From assembly GCA_964016885.1 (NCBI GenBank), contig OZ024760.1, positions 33,356,001 to 33,420,000 of the forward strand: a stretch of DNA of 64,000 nucleotides, read 5' to 3'. A program made the position numbers and the translations under genes. Below, one piece after another: positions 62,369 to 64,000 of this stretch (position 1 is its first letter; each line of letters opens with the position of its first letter). Source of the stretch: Eledone cirrhosa (Eukaryota). The notes under the pieces were generated by a model. That model ran no database searches. It was not told where the DNA came from and saw only the letters and a list, made by a program, of their open reading frames with translations.

Positions 62369-62391
62369 GTATATATATGTATATATATATG

Positions 62392-62455
<64 letters not shown>

Positions 62456-62478
62456 TGTATATGTACATATATATATAT

Positions 62479-62591
<113 letters not shown>

Positions 62592-62608
62592 TATTATATA
62601 TATATATA

Positions 62609-62775
62609 CATTCCGCACGCCATCTCACAGTCTGTGGCCTACTCCAGTGCCACGGAACACCCGCCAATCGCCTTAGGGTCGAACAACGAACTATCTTCAT
62701 CTTACAGACCCACACTCCCCCCGGCCTGAACACCCCACCCTTATTCCTTTAGCCTTCGGCCGCCCCCCTCCCCCA
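62609..62775 (+). pseudogene. C-terminal tip of a Neptune-type GIY-YIG endonuclease
   Basis: [14 protein letters not shown]...[21 protein letters not shown]. Confidence 0.65.
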
Positions 62776-62782
62776 CATATAC

Positions 62783-62866
<84 letters not shown>

Positions 62867-62981
62867 CTATATATATATGTATATATATATATATATATGT
62901 GTATATATATACATATATATATGTATACATATATATATATCTATATATATATATACATATATATATCTATATATATATATA

Positions 62982-63590
62982 TTAGAAAGTGAGGTTTTTT
63001 TTACAAAATGAAAAATAACCGAGGTGTCCTACACGAGTGAATGTATAAAGAAAAAGAGATGAAATCGAAAATGCAACTGAAGTCTTATTTTTTTTAAAAA
63101 TATATATATTTATTTGGTGCCTTTATCGGTTTCGCAGTTCTTCTGCTTTTCAAAAGGTGAGTTGAGATGGAGGGTCTGTGGTTTTTCTCACATCTGGTTG
63201 GTCTCTGAATGCTACTTGTTTTATATGGAAAAAGTGGCTCGAAATTCCAGGTTTTTCGAGAAGTAATTTGATTGGTTTGTCAATAATTATAATAAATTTC
63301 GCGCCAGTTCGCGTTACAATAGTTCTTCAAATAAGAGAGGGGGGGTTGTCACAGGTTGTTTTTTCATATATGAGTGTTTGAATTTCTTTTTACTTTGAAA
63401 AATGAGGCTCACGAAGGCTTTTTTTTGGTTGGTTATAAATGAAATTTGGCTGTCACGTGAACAAGTTTTTATTACATTTTTGCGCCCTTATTTGGAAAAC
63501 TATTCTGTAGTCTTTATAGTGAATGTTATGACAATGGAGAGATAGTGGTCAAGAGAAAAGGGATTGGGAGAAATGTTCTGGTTCAGTGAA
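62982..63590 (-). mobile_element. pLTR fragment with U3:A8 HHR (63120-63157)
   Basis: ccuu UUGAAAA gcag-aagaa-cugc GAAA ccg AUA aagg, then AAUAAA. Confidence 0.7.
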
Positions 63591-63665
63591 TATATATATA
63601 TATATATATACATATATATGTATATATATATATATATACATATATATGTATATATATATATATGT

Positions 63666-63702
<37 letters not shown>

Positions 63703-63705
<3 letters not shown>

Positions 63706-64000
63706 TTAATATAGATGAGATTCTACAGGACTAGAACTGTTTCAATTTTTAGAAATCATCAGGAATCTGGGTATCAAAAAATAAGTATGGTATTTATAGG
63801 TCTCTTCAAATGGTAGGAGAGGGTAGGGAGTGGGATGGGTGTAGGTCATTGGTTGATAGAAAAGGGAATTCATTAAAAGCTAATTCTACAAAACTATAGT
63901 TTATTTATATTTTTATTTTTAGAGTAACAAAGGCAGAACGAATTCTATAAACAGTTTCAGGATGGGGTACCACTCTTTATTATTAAGTTTCTCTTAAGCT
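63703..64000 (-). mobile_element. Another copy of the 32232 family (HHR 63718-63770), running off the window
   Basis: Similar to 32232-32530. Confidence 0.88.

Overview
Eukaryotic, gene-free repeat region. The very long (TA)n/(TATG)n tracts and the element spectrum suggest an invertebrate, possibly an octopus-like mollusc (inference only). The window is a (TA)n microsatellite colonised by nested retroelements. These include several clades of Penelope-like elements (PLEs; RT plus C-terminal GIY-YIG endonuclease), among them one apparently intact 897-aa ORF; many short non-autonomous hammerhead-ribozyme (HHR) elements, including two near-perfect tandem arrays (317-bp and 310-bp units); fragments of CR1-group and RTE LINEs; and one non-autonomous Helitron. 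By eye I count about 45 type-I HHR copies in about 18 sequence families. Most insertions are head-to-head inverted duplications with one 'long' and one 'short' 3' end. About ten otherwise dissimilar families share a covarying bulged hairpin (CUC-stem-UN bulge-GAG) in the 3' tail, and the short arm stops just upstream of it. This is the best candidate for an undescribed cis-acting RNA element of a PLE/retrozyme mobilisation system. Almost all I/Y-rich ORFs in the track are microsatellite artefacts. All structures were folded by eye.
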